Shown: one piece after another, positions 40,190-53,565 of the stretch
How the letters are laid out: each line of letters opens with the position of its first letter
How positions within the stretch are numbered: the stretch's first letter is position 1
DNA from: Octopus vulgaris
Lineage: Eukaryota
Direction of reading: 5' to 3'
Length of the DNA stretch: 64,000 nt
Assembly (NCBI GenBank): GCA_951406725.2
Contig: OX597818.1
Coordinates: 103,416,001 to 103,480,000 of the forward strand
Notes under the pieces: generated by a model
The model's database searches: none
Seen by the model: only the letters and a program-made list of their open reading frames with translations
What the model was told of the DNA's origin: nothing
Made by a program: the position numbers and the translations under genes

Positions 40190-41104
40190 TCAAAATGAAT
40201 AACCAAATTACACCATCTTGAAAATTGTATATCATAGGAAAGTTAAAATTAAAGTGACAATTAAAGGGTAAAGATGGAAGTAAATTATAAAGATAATAAT
40301 ATAATATAATGTATATAACAGGCAATACACATATCTATACACACACAGATATATATATATATACACACATATACATACAGACATATCCTAAATGTTCTAC
40401 TATATTAGATTGTAAATCGAAAGATGTGTCCTTCAATGTCACTATACATATATATATATATACATGCTTACATATGAAATATTAGAGAAAAATCCACCTT
40501 CTATTGAATCAAAATGAACAATCAAGTTACACCATCTTGAGAATTGTATATCATAGGAAGGTTAAAATTAGAATGACAATTGGCAAGTAAAGATCTAGTA
40601 AGTTGCAAAAACAATATAGTGTATATAACAGGTAACATACACACACATACCTATATATATACATACATATATTAAATGTTCCACTGTATCATATTGTAAA
40701 TCGAAAAGTTTGTCCTTCAATGTATGTTGAGTAAAGTTTCAGCCATTTAATTTGGGGGGGAACTTAGCTATGAAATGTTTTTCCATATTCCTCCTGAAGG
40801 AGGTGTCGTTCTTCGGACACTTGTAGAAGGGAAATATCTTAAATTTTCCTTCCCCACATGTAGCTTAGTGGTATTTTGCGTAGTTCTTCCTGCCGAATAT
40901 ATTGTCGGTGGCTCCTGGCTCGCTGGCACAAAGAATTACCAGTTTCACCTACGTAATTCTCCTTGCACGTGGGGCAGGTTATGCAGTATATGACGTTCTG
41001 CGTCTTGCAGTTCATATCTGCATTTACTTTGAATATGTCACCATTTTTAAATCTTATCTCTCTGTTGCTCTCTATGTATTTGTAGGTGGGGTTGCTGCAG
41101 GTCC

Positions 41105-41105
<1 letters not shown>
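40190..41105 (-). mobile_element. Penelope-like element 3' end: GIY-YIG plus tandemly duplicated terminus
   Basis: [40 protein letters not shown] (GIY-YIG). 40190-40440 and 40508-40722 are direct repeats (caaaatgaa..ttacaccatcttga.aattgtatatcataggaa..gtccttcaatg). The 5' side is cut by (TA)n. Confidence 0.9.
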
Positions 41106-41155
<50 letters not shown>

Positions 41156-41205
41156 CTACACACTCAAATATACGCAAACACACATACACATACATACATG
41201 CATAC

Positions 41206-41261
<56 letters not shown>

Positions 41262-41458
41262 GCATGCATACATACACTACAGGCATACAGTTGTATGAAT
41301 GGTATCTCTCGGGTTGTATTTTTCTGATTAAACATTCTGTTGAAATATTTTTGAATTAGAAACGTGTGTGTGTGTTATGTGTGCTTAGTTACGACAAAGT
41401 AAACAAAGCAATACCAAAATATATGATATAAATATAAAATTTTACAAAAGGGAAGAAG

Positions 41459-41502
41459 ACACTGACTTCGCGTTTCCGGCCTGCTCGTCTTCGTCAGACT
41501 GT
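41459..41502 (-). ncRNA. Degenerate hammerhead-like motif
   Basis: Minus strand: ACAGT CTGACGA agac gagcag gccg GAAA CGCG aag TC AGTGT. Confidence 0.4.
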
Positions 41503-42073
41503 ACTAGATTTCATTTCCATCTGCCAACTTTTTTCTGGAGTAGGTAGGGTTGTGTAAAGTGATATTAGTATATGTATACCTATATACGACGAGTTTCCGA
41601 ATTTACTCAGAATGCATTAATTGACAAGGGCTCTAACTGAAGGAACTTGTTCTAGTTAATGCTAACTGGGATTGAAATTAAAACCACGTTGTTGCCATGT
41701 GAATTGTTTATCTACTCAGCTATGTTTTCACGAAATGTATTGTTTTTTCACTTAAACCAAGCGAGCTGTTGTATAATGACAATTTAAATGATACCTGGGT
41801 AGGAAGATTTTTGATATTTCTTGAGAACTTCAATTTCGTTCACAAGGAAATGAATATCACGCAGTCATTCGTTTTAATCAAATAGACATTTTTATCTAGA
41901 TATCATAAAAGGATTTACACTATTTTACAATACTACATTCCCAAATGACTGGCAATGTAAAAACAAATCAACAATTCCACTTACATAGACATCAAAATCA
42001 TCTAAATTAGTAATAAATGGAGAAAAAAGTTTACACATTCTCACAACTTGAAAGATTGAAAGCAAAACATCGT

Positions 42074-42214
42074 CAAATACAGTTGTTTCTGATCATCTCG
42101 AATAAATATTTATTGAGTGACAAGTTTGCTGCCGAAGCATTTGACATATTTGCACATTTTATACACTACCTGAGGCATATATATATATATATATATATTT
42201 TATACACTACTTGA

Positions 42215-42281
<67 letters not shown>

Positions 42282-42384
42282 GCCTCAAGTAGTGTATAAA
42301 ATGTGCAAATATGTCAAATGCTTCAGCAGCAAACTTGTCACTCAATAAATATTTATTCGAGATGATCAGAAACATCTGTATTTG
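42074..42384. repeat. ~105-bp inverted duplication centred on (TA)n
   Basis: 42074-42180 is approximately the reverse complement of 42278-42384. An extra direct copy of the arm tip lies at 42198-42220. Confidence 0.95.
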
Positions 42385-42469
42385 TAGTTATCACCAACAA
42401 GTTACTTCCTGTATATGAATTTACAAACGAATAGAAATACACAGATATAAGCACATACGCATGTGTGTT

Positions 42470-42544
42470 GACACTTTGGTCGGCCTCATGCTGAGCAAAG
42501 ACTTGTAACTGGAATAAGTAGACGGAAACTGAAAGAAGCCCGTC

Positions 42545-42546
<2 letters not shown>
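42470..42546 (+). mobile_element. SINE family B fragment
   Basis: gtagacggaaactgaaagaagcccgtcg(TA)n. Confidence 0.7.
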
Positions 42547-42583
<37 letters not shown>

Positions 42584-42819
42584 CATATTGAGTGAGATAG
42601 AGAAAGTTTATGTGAGGTGATGGTGTCAATAAGACCCGAAGGTGTCAGGTAATGTTGAGTAAGTGTTATGGACAGACTATAGTTAAGCTCTAGCTTCGGT
42701 GATTATGCGAATAAGGAGTCCAACGTAATTCCTATATCAGGATATGTATATATATATTTTTTCAGAATGAGATAAGAAAACCAAGGCTGTGAAAAATTTA
42801 GAACATTTATAAATAGAAG

Positions 42820-42866
42820 GTCTCACAGCTGTTTCCGGGATATTTTTCATATCCCTTCATCGGAGG
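42820..42866 (-). ncRNA. Minimal type I hammerhead-like motif in PLE-terminus-like sequence
   Basis: Minus strand: CCT CCGATGA A GGGATAT gaaaa ATATCCC G GAAA CAGCTG TG AGAC. Perfect 7-bp stem II, palindromic stem III, core CTG mutated to CCG. Confidence 0.65.
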
Positions 42867-43129
42867 TGTAAGAAAATGGTTAAGCAAAAGTTAATTTAAA
42901 TAAGATCTAAAATAGAAAGTGAAGTGGAGGAATGAAAATATATATAAGATAAGCGGGGATATTGCATTTGTAGATCCATTATTTAGGCAGAATCGTATGA
43001 TTCCATTATCTTGTGAGTAATGAGTAAATTCCAATAGTATTTAAAATTGGTCATTCCAAATATAAAGTTTTTTAAATAGAGTTATTGAGTCGAGGGTTTA
43101 TTTAAAGTGACCTAAAAGTAGGGAATGTA

Positions 43130-43585
43130 TTTGTAAGGTCAACCACGGCCTTCAGAAAGCTCCGGAATCTCTTGCAACTCTTCTGGACGGTCTTGTTCAA
43201 ATTGGAGAAGACTACCATAATCCTTGCCTTCAGTTCATCTTTAGTGTTACAAGTAGTTTTGTTGGTCTATCTTTTATCTCTTCCCCACAAATAAAAACCA
43301 AGTGTGTTGCAGTCTGGGGAGTTTGGTGACCAAATATTAGAGATGATGTGTACGCACAAATTTTTGACAGCCATGACTGTGATCTAGTGCTTGTGTGGCA
43401 TGGTGCAGAGTCCTGTTCTATCAGCCATCCTGTTGACCCAGGGCATGACTACCTCCTCCAGGCATTTGATGTAGGCCTCCATGTTGAGTCTCAGGCCGTG
43501 TGAGAAGATGAATGGAGGCATAACTTCGCTATAACTAGAGATCACTCATTACACTATGTTGTTCACTGGATGTTTGATATTTATC
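43130..43585 (-). mobile_element. Tc1/mariner DD37D (maT-type) transposase C-terminal remnant
   Basis: KHPVN..VMPPFIFSHGLRLNMEAYIKCLEEVVMPW..QDSAPCHTS..WSPNSPDCNTL[G]FYLWG; 37-residue spacing after repairing a 1-nt deletion. Confidence 0.85.
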
Positions 43586-44787
43586 TCTCTCAATACTACC
43601 TTATATTTCTATATTTTTGTGCGTTCACCCCTTTTTCTGAACATGTGGAGAAAAGACAGATGAAATAAATCGTCTGTCAGATGGTTAAGAGCGCCGACCA
43701 ATAAAATGCGCTGACCGTTATTGTTCTAAAAATGCCTGCTTTCTTTGGGTCTTCGCTGTTGGTTAGAGTCGGTTTCACTCGTTAATAAAGTGGGCCTAAA
43801 TGATTCTAAGACTGCGTGTATTTCGTTGTGTGATACAGATAAACACTGTGCATTTCAGGCCCTGACTCTTACGTAGGAATTTGTGAACTGAAGTGATTTG
43901 GCCTATGTGAGGTCCTTGACACGAATAAGATTTTTTCTTATGGTGCTTCCAGTGTAGGGTGAGATACATTTGTGTAACACTACTTCATATGCAAAGTAGA
44001 TCCTTGATTGCATTTTGAAGTTATTGATGGGAAAATTAGATAATTTGCATCCCACGATGTTATTCGTGGTAAGATATTTTGGCAGAATTTTCCGCCCTAG
44101 CAATTGTATTTTAACACACATGTATATGTAAACTGACCGCACTTTCTTAATGCATGTACGTGGTTGGAAAACTAAATTCAAAGGGGTTACTAATATTTAA
44201 TACGCTGAAAGCGTAAAAGGTGCGTTTCATTATATGCGTCCCCACAATATTAGCTAATTTTTGAGACGAGAGCTTAAGGCGAAAATGTTTTAAACTAATG
44301 CAGAAATTTCCCAATTAGCTTAATTGTAAAAACACAGAAAATTATATGCAATAAAAATCATAAGAACAATTTAACACCGATAATATTTGACAAATTATTT
44401 TCGCCTATAATAAATGAAACCATAAAATATTACATTAAGATGATGTTTATCATAAAGACACAGTGTTTTGATAATTTAGAAATTCTCATCTCCTTTTATG
44501 ATGGTGTTTCTTTAAATATTAGATTAAAATAAATAGACGAAGACATAATAATAAATTCTAAATAAAATTAACTTTAAGAATCTTATTGTTCAGGCTTAAG
44601 TAGAATATTTTCTCATCTTCAAGGAAAGTTACATGAAAGAAAGGTTAATTACTGAAACGAGAGATTTTTTTCTCTAAATATTTACGCATGGGTGCCTACA
44701 CGACGCATATAAAATAATAGACACACATATAAGCGCATAACTTATGATATATCATGTTTATATGAAGATATAAACATGAGCGAACAC

Positions 44788-44788
44788 C

Positions 44789-44871
<83 letters not shown>
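44788..44871. repeat. (GATA)n microsatellite
   Basis: Direct inspection. Confidence 0.95.
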
Positions 44872-45099
44872 GGATATTTTCTTGCAGTGTCTACAAGCGT
44901 GTGAATGTAAGAATAGTCAACACTTCTCTGAATTACTCAATGTTCTCCATACACAGATGAGTAATATCTTCACACGTAGAGTTATGGTTGCCCGCAAAAT
45001 ATTGAATGATTTAAGGGTGGAAACAATTGAACTTGTTACGAAATATTTGCAACTCCAACTAATTTTGATGAGTGATACTTTCTTACGTATTCTCACCAT

Positions 45100-45161
45100 T
45101 CTCTGTCTCTCTCTCTGTCTCTCTCTCTGTCTCTCTCTCTGTCTCTGTCTCTCTCTCTCTG

Positions 45162-45192
<31 letters not shown>

Positions 45193-45210
45193 TCTGCACT
45201 GTACATATGT

Positions 45211-45277
<67 letters not shown>
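45100..45277. repeat. (CT)n/(CTGT) and (GT)n microsatellites
   Basis: Direct inspection. Confidence 0.95.
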
Positions 45278-45281
<4 letters not shown>

Positions 45282-45869
45282 TTTCAACATATTAGAGTTG
45301 TGTGAACGTTGCAAAATAACATTATTCTAGCTGGAGAGCATTACATTTTCGGGCATCATATGTAACGAAAAATTGGTCAGAAAATTAAATCCTTACACGT
45401 AACACGCTTAAACTGCCCGTCAACGAGATATTCCTTGTGGATGCAAGACTACAATATTCTCGTTTCTAAAATGAGGGTACGGAATATGACACACCATTTG
45501 AATCAAGTCTATTTTGAAATCTCATTATTGAGTATAATGAACCAAACATGTAGGAAGAAACTAAATGGTGTAGAAGCAGAGAGATTTTGAGCGTGCGCAT
45601 TTAAATCCTTAGTTGTAAAATCTATGCACAGAAGAGAGATCGGAGTTAAGTTTGCAAGGCACGTTTCTAGAAAATTCTGAGTATTGTTAGAGGAAATTGT
45701 ATAGTTTAGTCAACAGAAAAATTTCCTAGATGCATGCATGGGTGTATAGTAAAGAATTAACGCCCTTACTCATGCGTAATTTGGGATTCTCTTGGAAAAC
45801 TTCGCCTGCTATATGTACGGGAAATTACATTGTGAATGAAATTAGTGATGGTAAATTTGTGAGGACGTT

Positions 45870-46050
45870 ATTTAAGTACATACATACATATACAAAAATA
45901 CATGCATGCATACATAGATACATGCTTACATACTTACAACTATATGCATGAGGATGTATACATAAAACGAGATGCTGAAATTCCAGTGAAGGAGGACTGG
46001 ATATAGGTTCAAAACCGGTTCCTTATCTGTTGGCAAAAAAATGTTGAAAA
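45870..46050 (+). mobile_element. 3' UTR fragment of the R4/Dong-like LINE
   Basis: caactatatgcat..acataaaac..atgctgaaattccagtgaaggag..tggatat..aaaccg..aaatgttgaaa aligns with 48860-49070. Confidence 0.65.
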
Positions 46051-46125
46051 TTATATATATATATTAATAGAAATGACAATACAACAAAACAAAAGAGAGC
46101 TCAATATTATGTAAATAGAGGAATT

Positions 46126-46361
46126 TATCTGCAAATATAATATGTGACAATTATTCGGTAGCCATGATAAAACTCCGAGTTTCAGATGTCGCTGCAGAAA
46201 CACACGCCGGCATCTCTTCAGTAATCGGAACATCGAGCCCGATAACTGAAGAGATGGCCCGTTAACTGAAGAAATGCCGGCGTGGGTTTACACCCCGACA
46301 TCTGAAACTCGGTGTTTTATTATGGCTACCGAATAATTGCCACATATTGTATTTACAGATA
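46126..46361. mobile_element. Fold-back element with a hammerhead-like motif in each arm
   Basis: ~100-bp inverted arms. Minus 46166-46226: GATTA CTGAAGA GATGCCG..CGACATC T GAAA CTCGGAG TT TTATC. Plus 46261-46321 is the mirror copy. A third CTGAAGA start lies at ~46246. Confidence 0.85.
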
Positions 46362-46365
46362 TATA

Positions 46366-46578
46366 TTACTCTTTTACTCTTTTACTTGTTTCAGTCATTT
46401 GACTGCGGCCATGCTGCAGCACCGCCTTTAGTCGAGCAAATCGACCCCGGGACATATTCTTTGTAAGCCCAGTACTTATTCTATCGGTCTCTTTTTGCCA
46501 AACCGCTAGGTGACGGGGATGTAAACACACCAGCATCAGTTGTCAAGCAATGCTAGGGGGACAAACACAGACACACAA

Positions 46579-46615
<37 letters not shown>

Positions 46616-46778
46616 CATATATAAGACAGGCTTCTTTCAGTTTCCGTCTACCAAATCCACTCACAAGGAATTGGTCGGCCAGGGGCTATAGCAGAAGACA
46701 CTTGCCCAAGATGTCACGCAGTGGGACTGAACCCGGAACCATGTGGTTGGTTAGCAAGCTACTTACCACACAGCCACA
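46366..46778 (-). mobile_element. SINE family B, full length
   Basis: tactcttttactcttttacttgtttcagtcatttgactgcggccatg tail through gctacttaccacacagcc head. Confidence 0.9.
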
Positions 46779-47091
46779 CATATATATATATAACAACATA
46801 CATGTAACAACACACATACATACATTCATACATACACACATACGTACATGCATACATGCATACCTATCTCCATAGGAGCATTAGGTTGCCTACCAACCTA
46901 GTATCAGGGACAGAACTATATTTTTACTTACGTCAAATATATCCGTCGGCCGCAGACACCGCACGAACCATTTGTTCCAATACAGTTCCACCACCCGAAC
47001 GGCAGCACTTCAAACTTATTTAGTTAATCATAGTTTTCCTGCAGAAACTGACTGTACTTACATCCATATATATACAGATACATAAATATTA

Positions 47092-47402
47092 GCACACCGT
47101 TGCTTACGACTATGAGGGTTTTATTTAATCCGATCAACGGAACAGCTTGCTCGTAAGAATAACGTTTAAATTTTTAAGCACTTCACAGACACGCGTAACG
47201 TTTCGAATACTTCTCAGCGAGATTCAGCGTGACACACTGTGTGACAAGGCTGGTCCCTTGTCATACAAGTTTGACTACCCATTTTTGCCAGCTGAGTGAA
47301 CTGGAGCACCGTGAAATAAAGTGTCTTGCTCAAGGACACATTACACCACCGACCCTACGATCGCCAACAGAATGCTCTAAACACTAATCAACGTGCCTTC
47401 AC
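47092..47402 (-). mobile_element. SINE family C, near full length
   Basis: Minus strand: gtgaaggcacg..tagtgtttagagc head, tgtgtccttgagcaagacactt, gctccagttcactcagctgg. Confidence 0.75.
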
Positions 47403-47661
47403 ATACATACATACATACATACATACATACATACATACATACATACATACATACATGCATACATACATACATACATACATACATACATACATACATACAT
47501 ACATACATACATACATACATACATGCATACATACATACATACACACACACTTACATACATACATGCATACATACATACATACATACATGCATGCATACAT
47601 ACACACATACACATACATACATACATACATACATACATACATACATACATACATACATACA

Positions 47662-47690
<29 letters not shown>
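47401..47690. repeat. (CATA)n microsatellite
   Basis: Direct inspection. Confidence 0.95.
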
Positions 47691-47692
<2 letters not shown>

Positions 47693-47694
<2 letters not shown>

Positions 47695-49085
47695 TCTAGT
47701 CAGGATAAATGTTGTTATATGATTGTGAAAAGGGGGGAAACTATAAACCAGACTAGTAACATCTCCATCAATGATCTGAGTGTTTCCCTTATACCTGATA
47801 ATGGCACCTGTAACAAAACACGTGACACTAAAGAGAGTATTAGAGCCGAATTATATCATTTGGACCTCACTCTGCATTCAATAAATCAGTTGCCCACAAT
47901 GTGTTTGCAGTGCCAGTACTCATACCATCATTTGGGCATCTTGATTGGACGCTTGATGAGATCCGATACAAGTTTCCGATTGCATCTCTTGTGACGAAGT
48001 TTGCATACATGAGGTTTTGAAGGCAGCTCCTTAAGCAACATTCTTTGCCTGATAAACTACAATACATGCCCAAAGAAGTCGCCCGCAACTTATCAGATGA
48101 AAATGTGAGCCTATATGAGTAGAAGACTATGCATGTACATGATGGTAAAAATGATCATCAAAGTAGTTTATCATGGACCGATAGCCGGATTACTACCTCC
48201 CACTTTGAAGGGTATGCGTTTGTAATCCAGGAATAGGAAATACTAACCTGATGCACAAAAGGGACTGAGATGTAGGAAAATCGTAAAGCGTGACAGCCGA
48301 TGAAGACATTGTGGAGTTAACACCGAAGGTGTCACCCACATCATAAGCAGTTGTCCGAAAATATCATCACGGTATTATCTAGCGATGAGACATAATACTT
48401 AGCTAGGACAATACATAATATAATCCTTCGGAAAGATAACTTCAAGGTCAAAGAAATAAAAACCCACAGTATGGTGGAAACCATAGCCTCTCACAATAAA
48501 TATTGCTGGAATGTTCCAGCGAAGACCTAAAAAAAAAAACGTAAAGACAACAGACCTGATAAAATGATTTCCACAGTTGTGGAAATTAGCTGCCCAACGG
48601 ATGTTAACATAAAGCTGAAGAACAGTGAAAAAGAGAATACGTATGCTGAACTTTGAGAAATCTGTAGTTACTTCATCCAGAATGTAGGTTCAGGTTTATA
48701 CCTGTAATTATTAGTGCCCTGGGAAATGTAATATACTGCCTTAATGCCAATCTTGAGAAATTAGGCTTCTCAAAACCAGAAAGGAGAAAGCTAATTCGAA
48801 GACTACAGATCCAATCCATCACTGGAACTAAAAATCTGTAAAACTTCCCAGAAGTGTATCATTTAAATATATATGACCATGTCTAGGTTTGCAACTATAT
48901 GCATAAGAATACATACATAAAACAAAGCATACAAATCTGCACATATACATTCATATGTACAGACATACAAACAAAAATACCCAGTTGTTAATGTTGAAAT
49001 TTCAATGAAGGAGACTTGGATATGGATTAGAAACCGACTCTTTCTCTACTAGCTAGAAATCTTGAAATAAAACTGAACAATCAAA
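47693..49085 (+). mobile_element. 5'-truncated R4/Dong-like RLE non-LTR retrotransposon (degenerate)
   Basis: SQDKCCYMIVKRG; HNVFAVPVLIPSFGHLDWTLDEI; TSHFEGYAFVIQE; CCHC-like RHCGVNTE..THIISSC..RHN; RLE motif NRPD..VVEISCP; 3' UTR ends in (CATA)n. Confidence 0.85.
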
Positions 49086-49277
49086 CATACATACATACAT
49101 ACACACATACATACATACATACATACATACAAACATACATACATACATACATACATACATGCATGCATACATACATGCATACATACATACATACATACAT
49201 ACATACATACATACATACGTACATACATGGATACATACATACATACATACATACATACATACATACATACACACATA
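49086..49277. repeat. (CATA)n microsatellite
   Basis: Direct inspection. Confidence 0.95.
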
Positions 49278-50069
49278 GTAAGTTTTATAATTGTAACGGT
49301 TCAATAAAGAGTTTTCGATAAGATTCGGAAAATAAAATTTAGTAGTTCATACTATAATAATTCAACGTGGTGCCCTGAAATATCTATCTTCTCATGTCTG
49401 AAGCAAATGAAAGAAAGCTAGAATACAACAAGGAATATAGAAATAATATAGAAAATCAAACTATAGGACAATTCAACTTATCTTAACAATTAACTCTATC
49501 ACGCATAAATATTATTACAAAAATCAATTGCTCTTAAAATGGACACGCTATCGAAAACTCATTAAACCGAACACATCATGTTTTATATCTAATTGCAAAC
49601 TAATACTAATTATACACTTGAAAACCACATAATCTTTTTATCACCAGAACTAAACAAAGTTTATTAGATCGATGCCTTTTGCATATTTACTGTGTTTGCA
49701 AACAAGATACTTGTAAATTTCCTGACAATAGCTATCACATTTGAGCGTGGAATGTTTATAGTATTTTGCCGACTATCAGTGTGTTTATACAAAGAAATTG
49801 CAAAACATTGCAATACCCAACATAGAACAAAACGACTGAGGAAAGAAAAAAGAGACTAGCTAATGACACATCTGTCTTATTTAGAATTCCACAACCAAAA
49901 GTAGAACTTTCGCAAAAGTTATTTTTGTAGCAAATTACAAAGTAAAACTTGACACCGCCGTTCCACCGTAACAACAAATTAAAGCAGTGATACGTTCAAG
50001 TGTCAAGAATTTTTGAACGAACTACTTCTCTTTTTGTACAGTTTAGACAGTATCCGTAAACTTACCATT

Positions 50070-50450
50070 GTGGCAAGCTGGCAGAAACGTTAGCATGCCA
50101 GGCAAAATGCTTAGCGGCATGTCGTCTGCTGCTACGTTCTGAGTTTAAATTCCGCCCCTGTCGACTTTGCCTTTCATCCTTTCGGGGTCGATTAAATAAG
50201 TACCAGTTACGCACTGGGGTCGATATAATCGAATTAATCCGTTTGTCTGTCCTTATTTGTCCTCTCTGTGTTTAGCCCCTTGTGGGTAGTAAAGAAATAG
50301 GTATTTCGTCTGTCTTTATGTTCTGAGATCAAATTCCGCCGAGGTCGACTTTGGCCCTCTTCAATTCGGGGTTGACAAATTAACTACCAGTTACGTAGTG
50401 AGGTTGATCTAATCGACTGGCCCCCTCCCCAAAAATTTTGAAGAAAAAAG
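50070..50450 (+). mobile_element. SINE family A with two modules and TSD
   Basis: Head ggcaagctggcagaaacgttagc; body module occurs twice. TSD atccgtaaacttaccat (~50052) / atccgtaactttaccat (~50452). Confidence 0.9.
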
Positions 50451-51287
50451 CATCCGTAACTTTACCATCCTTTCTAGAACAGGACGGATTGCTTCAGCAC
50501 ATTTTCCGTTTGTGCGAGAAAACCACGATCGGCTGAATAAGTATAGAGTTCCGATGTCCGAGTGGTGGGGTTGTATTGAAAACAGTGCGTTGTTCGCGGC
50601 CGAGGCATATATTTGACGTGAGTAAAAATATAGTTCTGTCCGTTTGTTAAGCAAAGGCCAGTTGACACTGTAGCATTCTTCGAATACGAAGTGTAACAAA
50701 AGAGAAACTCAGTTGGCCACATCTGGGTTTCGTTCGAATCTAATCCAGTTAGACCGATCCTATGATAATGCTAAGCATATCAATAATACTGTAAATTATG
50801 TAGGAGCATCACCCCATTGCCGGTTTTAATTTGGGTACAACAAGAATTAGGAAGACACGAGGTGATAATTACTTTTTTACGGTCTATAAATACGTAATCG
50901 GAAATTTTAGATCAGGGTATATTGCAGAAACGAAGTTTTTAAATCAGTTTTGAAGCTGTTTTTGCGTTCGTGCAGTTTAGAATGGAACATAGAGAAGTAA
51001 CTAATAGTTGCCCAGTGAATTTTCAAATCCGATTGTCATTATCTGAACACTATCCGATTGATTTCTGCTTAGAATGAACCAGTAATAACAAATGACGTAA
51101 TAATAATTTATTCCAGAAGAGAACGTATACTTAGATGAATACATGTTGCCTATGCATACACTGAAAGGCACGCAAAGAATAACGTAATATGTGTGTGTGT
51201 TTGTGTGTTTTTGTTTTTGCGGCCACGTGTGTGTAGATACAAACATATGTATATGTGTATGTATATATATATATATACATACACGTA

Positions 51288-51339
<52 letters not shown>

Positions 51340-52504
51340 AATATTTCTTTCTTTACGAGCATACACACATGCGTACACGCAGGAAACATGCACATGCACA
51401 CACATATGCATGTACGTACGCATAATATAATATACATAAAATTAGTTACAGTGTCTGCAACGTGATATGATTTCTTTTCTCTTGAACAGAGTGTATTTTG
51501 TGTGAATGTTACATGTTCTCTGCAGTTAATAGGAAGCATTTTAGAACATTTTTGTATGATGATGCTCATTCTATCATGTTCTGTTGTATGTTGTTTTCTT
51601 ATACATTTAGATTTGGTTAATGAGGACACATTATATTACGTTAATCGAGAGGATGAAAATCTTGCTTCCCTTCAGAAATTAATGAGGTAACACAGCGGAA
51701 CATTTCTATTTACCCACTAACGATATTGTGAAGTTTTTATCATAACAGTTATTTCCCGTTAAAACTTGACTCTGTAATTAACGCGCGTAAAGTGAAGATT
51801 TTCTTATAAACGAATCAGGCTTACAAGGTTTAATTAAATGAGGCATAGGAAAAAGTGTAAAATATAACCTCAACCAATGGATTGACGATACTATGTTGTC
51901 CACAATTATTTCTTTCCGTGTGCAATGACAGAATCTTCTGACATAGGAAGCATTTTACGTAAGTAATCAATCTAATCATCCTAAATAAATATTAATAATT
52001 TCGTTAGAAATGTTCCTAAGAAAGATTCATCACATTCTTTTAATAGAAGATTATTCAAATAGTCAGAACCTTACTATAATAAACTACTGATAATGAGTGT
52101 TTATATGCACACAAGACTAGAGGTTTGCCCCAGCAGGAACAGTAACCACAAACGATTAATCATTTCTTACAAGCCTCCATTCATTCTGCAACTTTTCAGC
52201 ACAATATTTATTTACTAAGTCTTCATGATAAATATCCTAACATTATCAAAGAGAAATCATGTTAAATTAACATAAATTACTCTCAGCTGTTTCTTCAAAC
52301 GAATGCAAACTAAATATTATGTTCACTCTTTTATCGCAAACATTCCACGTAATTTTAATCGTGTTATTGTAACCCCATAGAGGATAGTAGACATTTTAAA
52401 TCCGTGGGCAGTACGAATGAAAAGTATCTGCATATAAATATAAATATTATATGGCCAAACGTCTTAACCTTTTCATACATGACTTGCAGAAACACGCGAA
52501 TACT

Positions 52505-52512
52505 ATATATAA

Positions 52513-52585
<73 letters not shown>

Positions 52586-52651
52586 CGTATATATATACAT
52601 AAATATATATGTATATATATATATATATGTATGCATGTATGTATATATATT

Positions 52652-52741
<90 letters not shown>

Positions 52742-52755
52742 TGTATATGTATATG
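52505..52755. repeat. Long (TA)n-rich microsatellite
   Basis: Direct inspection. Confidence 0.95.
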
Positions 52756-53471
52756 TTGGTGAACGGGTGTTTCTTATTTTGCAATAATACTCACCCCCAT
52801 AGAGGCAATTGACCTATGAAATAGAGGAAAACTATTATACAGACAATACAATAAGTGGTACATTGGAAAATAACAAGAGCGAACAAAATCAATATGATTA
52901 AAATTTCTATCAGCAGTAGACCATATCATGTCCATCATGATAAAATACAGACCCCGTCTTTTCTCTCTCATTTTATCTATCTGGCCTTTGTTCATTCTTT
53001 CTAACCATACCATCTGACAGAAAATACTCTTAAATTACATTTAATTGCCAGCGGTAATAGATTAAAGTCAATTGTGGAGAAACAATATAGACTCGTCTTG
53101 AATGCCGATCGTTTTTCAGATAGTAGGAGTGAGAGAGTGAGATTGATAGAGAGAAAAAGATAGAAGGAGAGAGAGAGAGGAAAGAGACACAGAGAGAGGA
53201 ATGATATTAAAGGGGTGAAACCAAGATTAGTGAAAAAATGAGAAAGTGAGAGGTAGGTATGCAGAGAGGGGAATGTTATACATGAAAGGGAGAAAGTTGA
53301 AAAATATGTGTTCGGGTAATGTGTGCGAATGGGAGATGAATCGATTATTAAAAAACAAATAACTATATGGAACAATACTAGAGAGAAGCCATGTAATTTA
53401 GTTAGAGGAGGGAGATTTTTGTGACAATAAAAGCTCCATAATATGAAAAAGTGAGTGTATGTAGACATGTA

Positions 53472-53565
<94 letters not shown>

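Noticed and set aside
47326-47994. 222-aa ORF
   Set aside because: It is a chimaera of SINE sequence, a (CATA)n tract and a decayed R4-like RT fragment.
48990-49050. Hammerhead in the R4-like 3' UTR (caatgaagg..tagaaac)
   Set aside because: No CUGANGA-like core with 3-8 pairing and no consistent stems in the two copies.
52364-52812. Numerous long ORFs rich in YI/CV/HT/YLSI repeats (here and throughout the window)
   Set aside because: They are translations of (TA)n, (GT)n, (CATA)n and (GATA)n microsatellites that lack stop codons, not genes.
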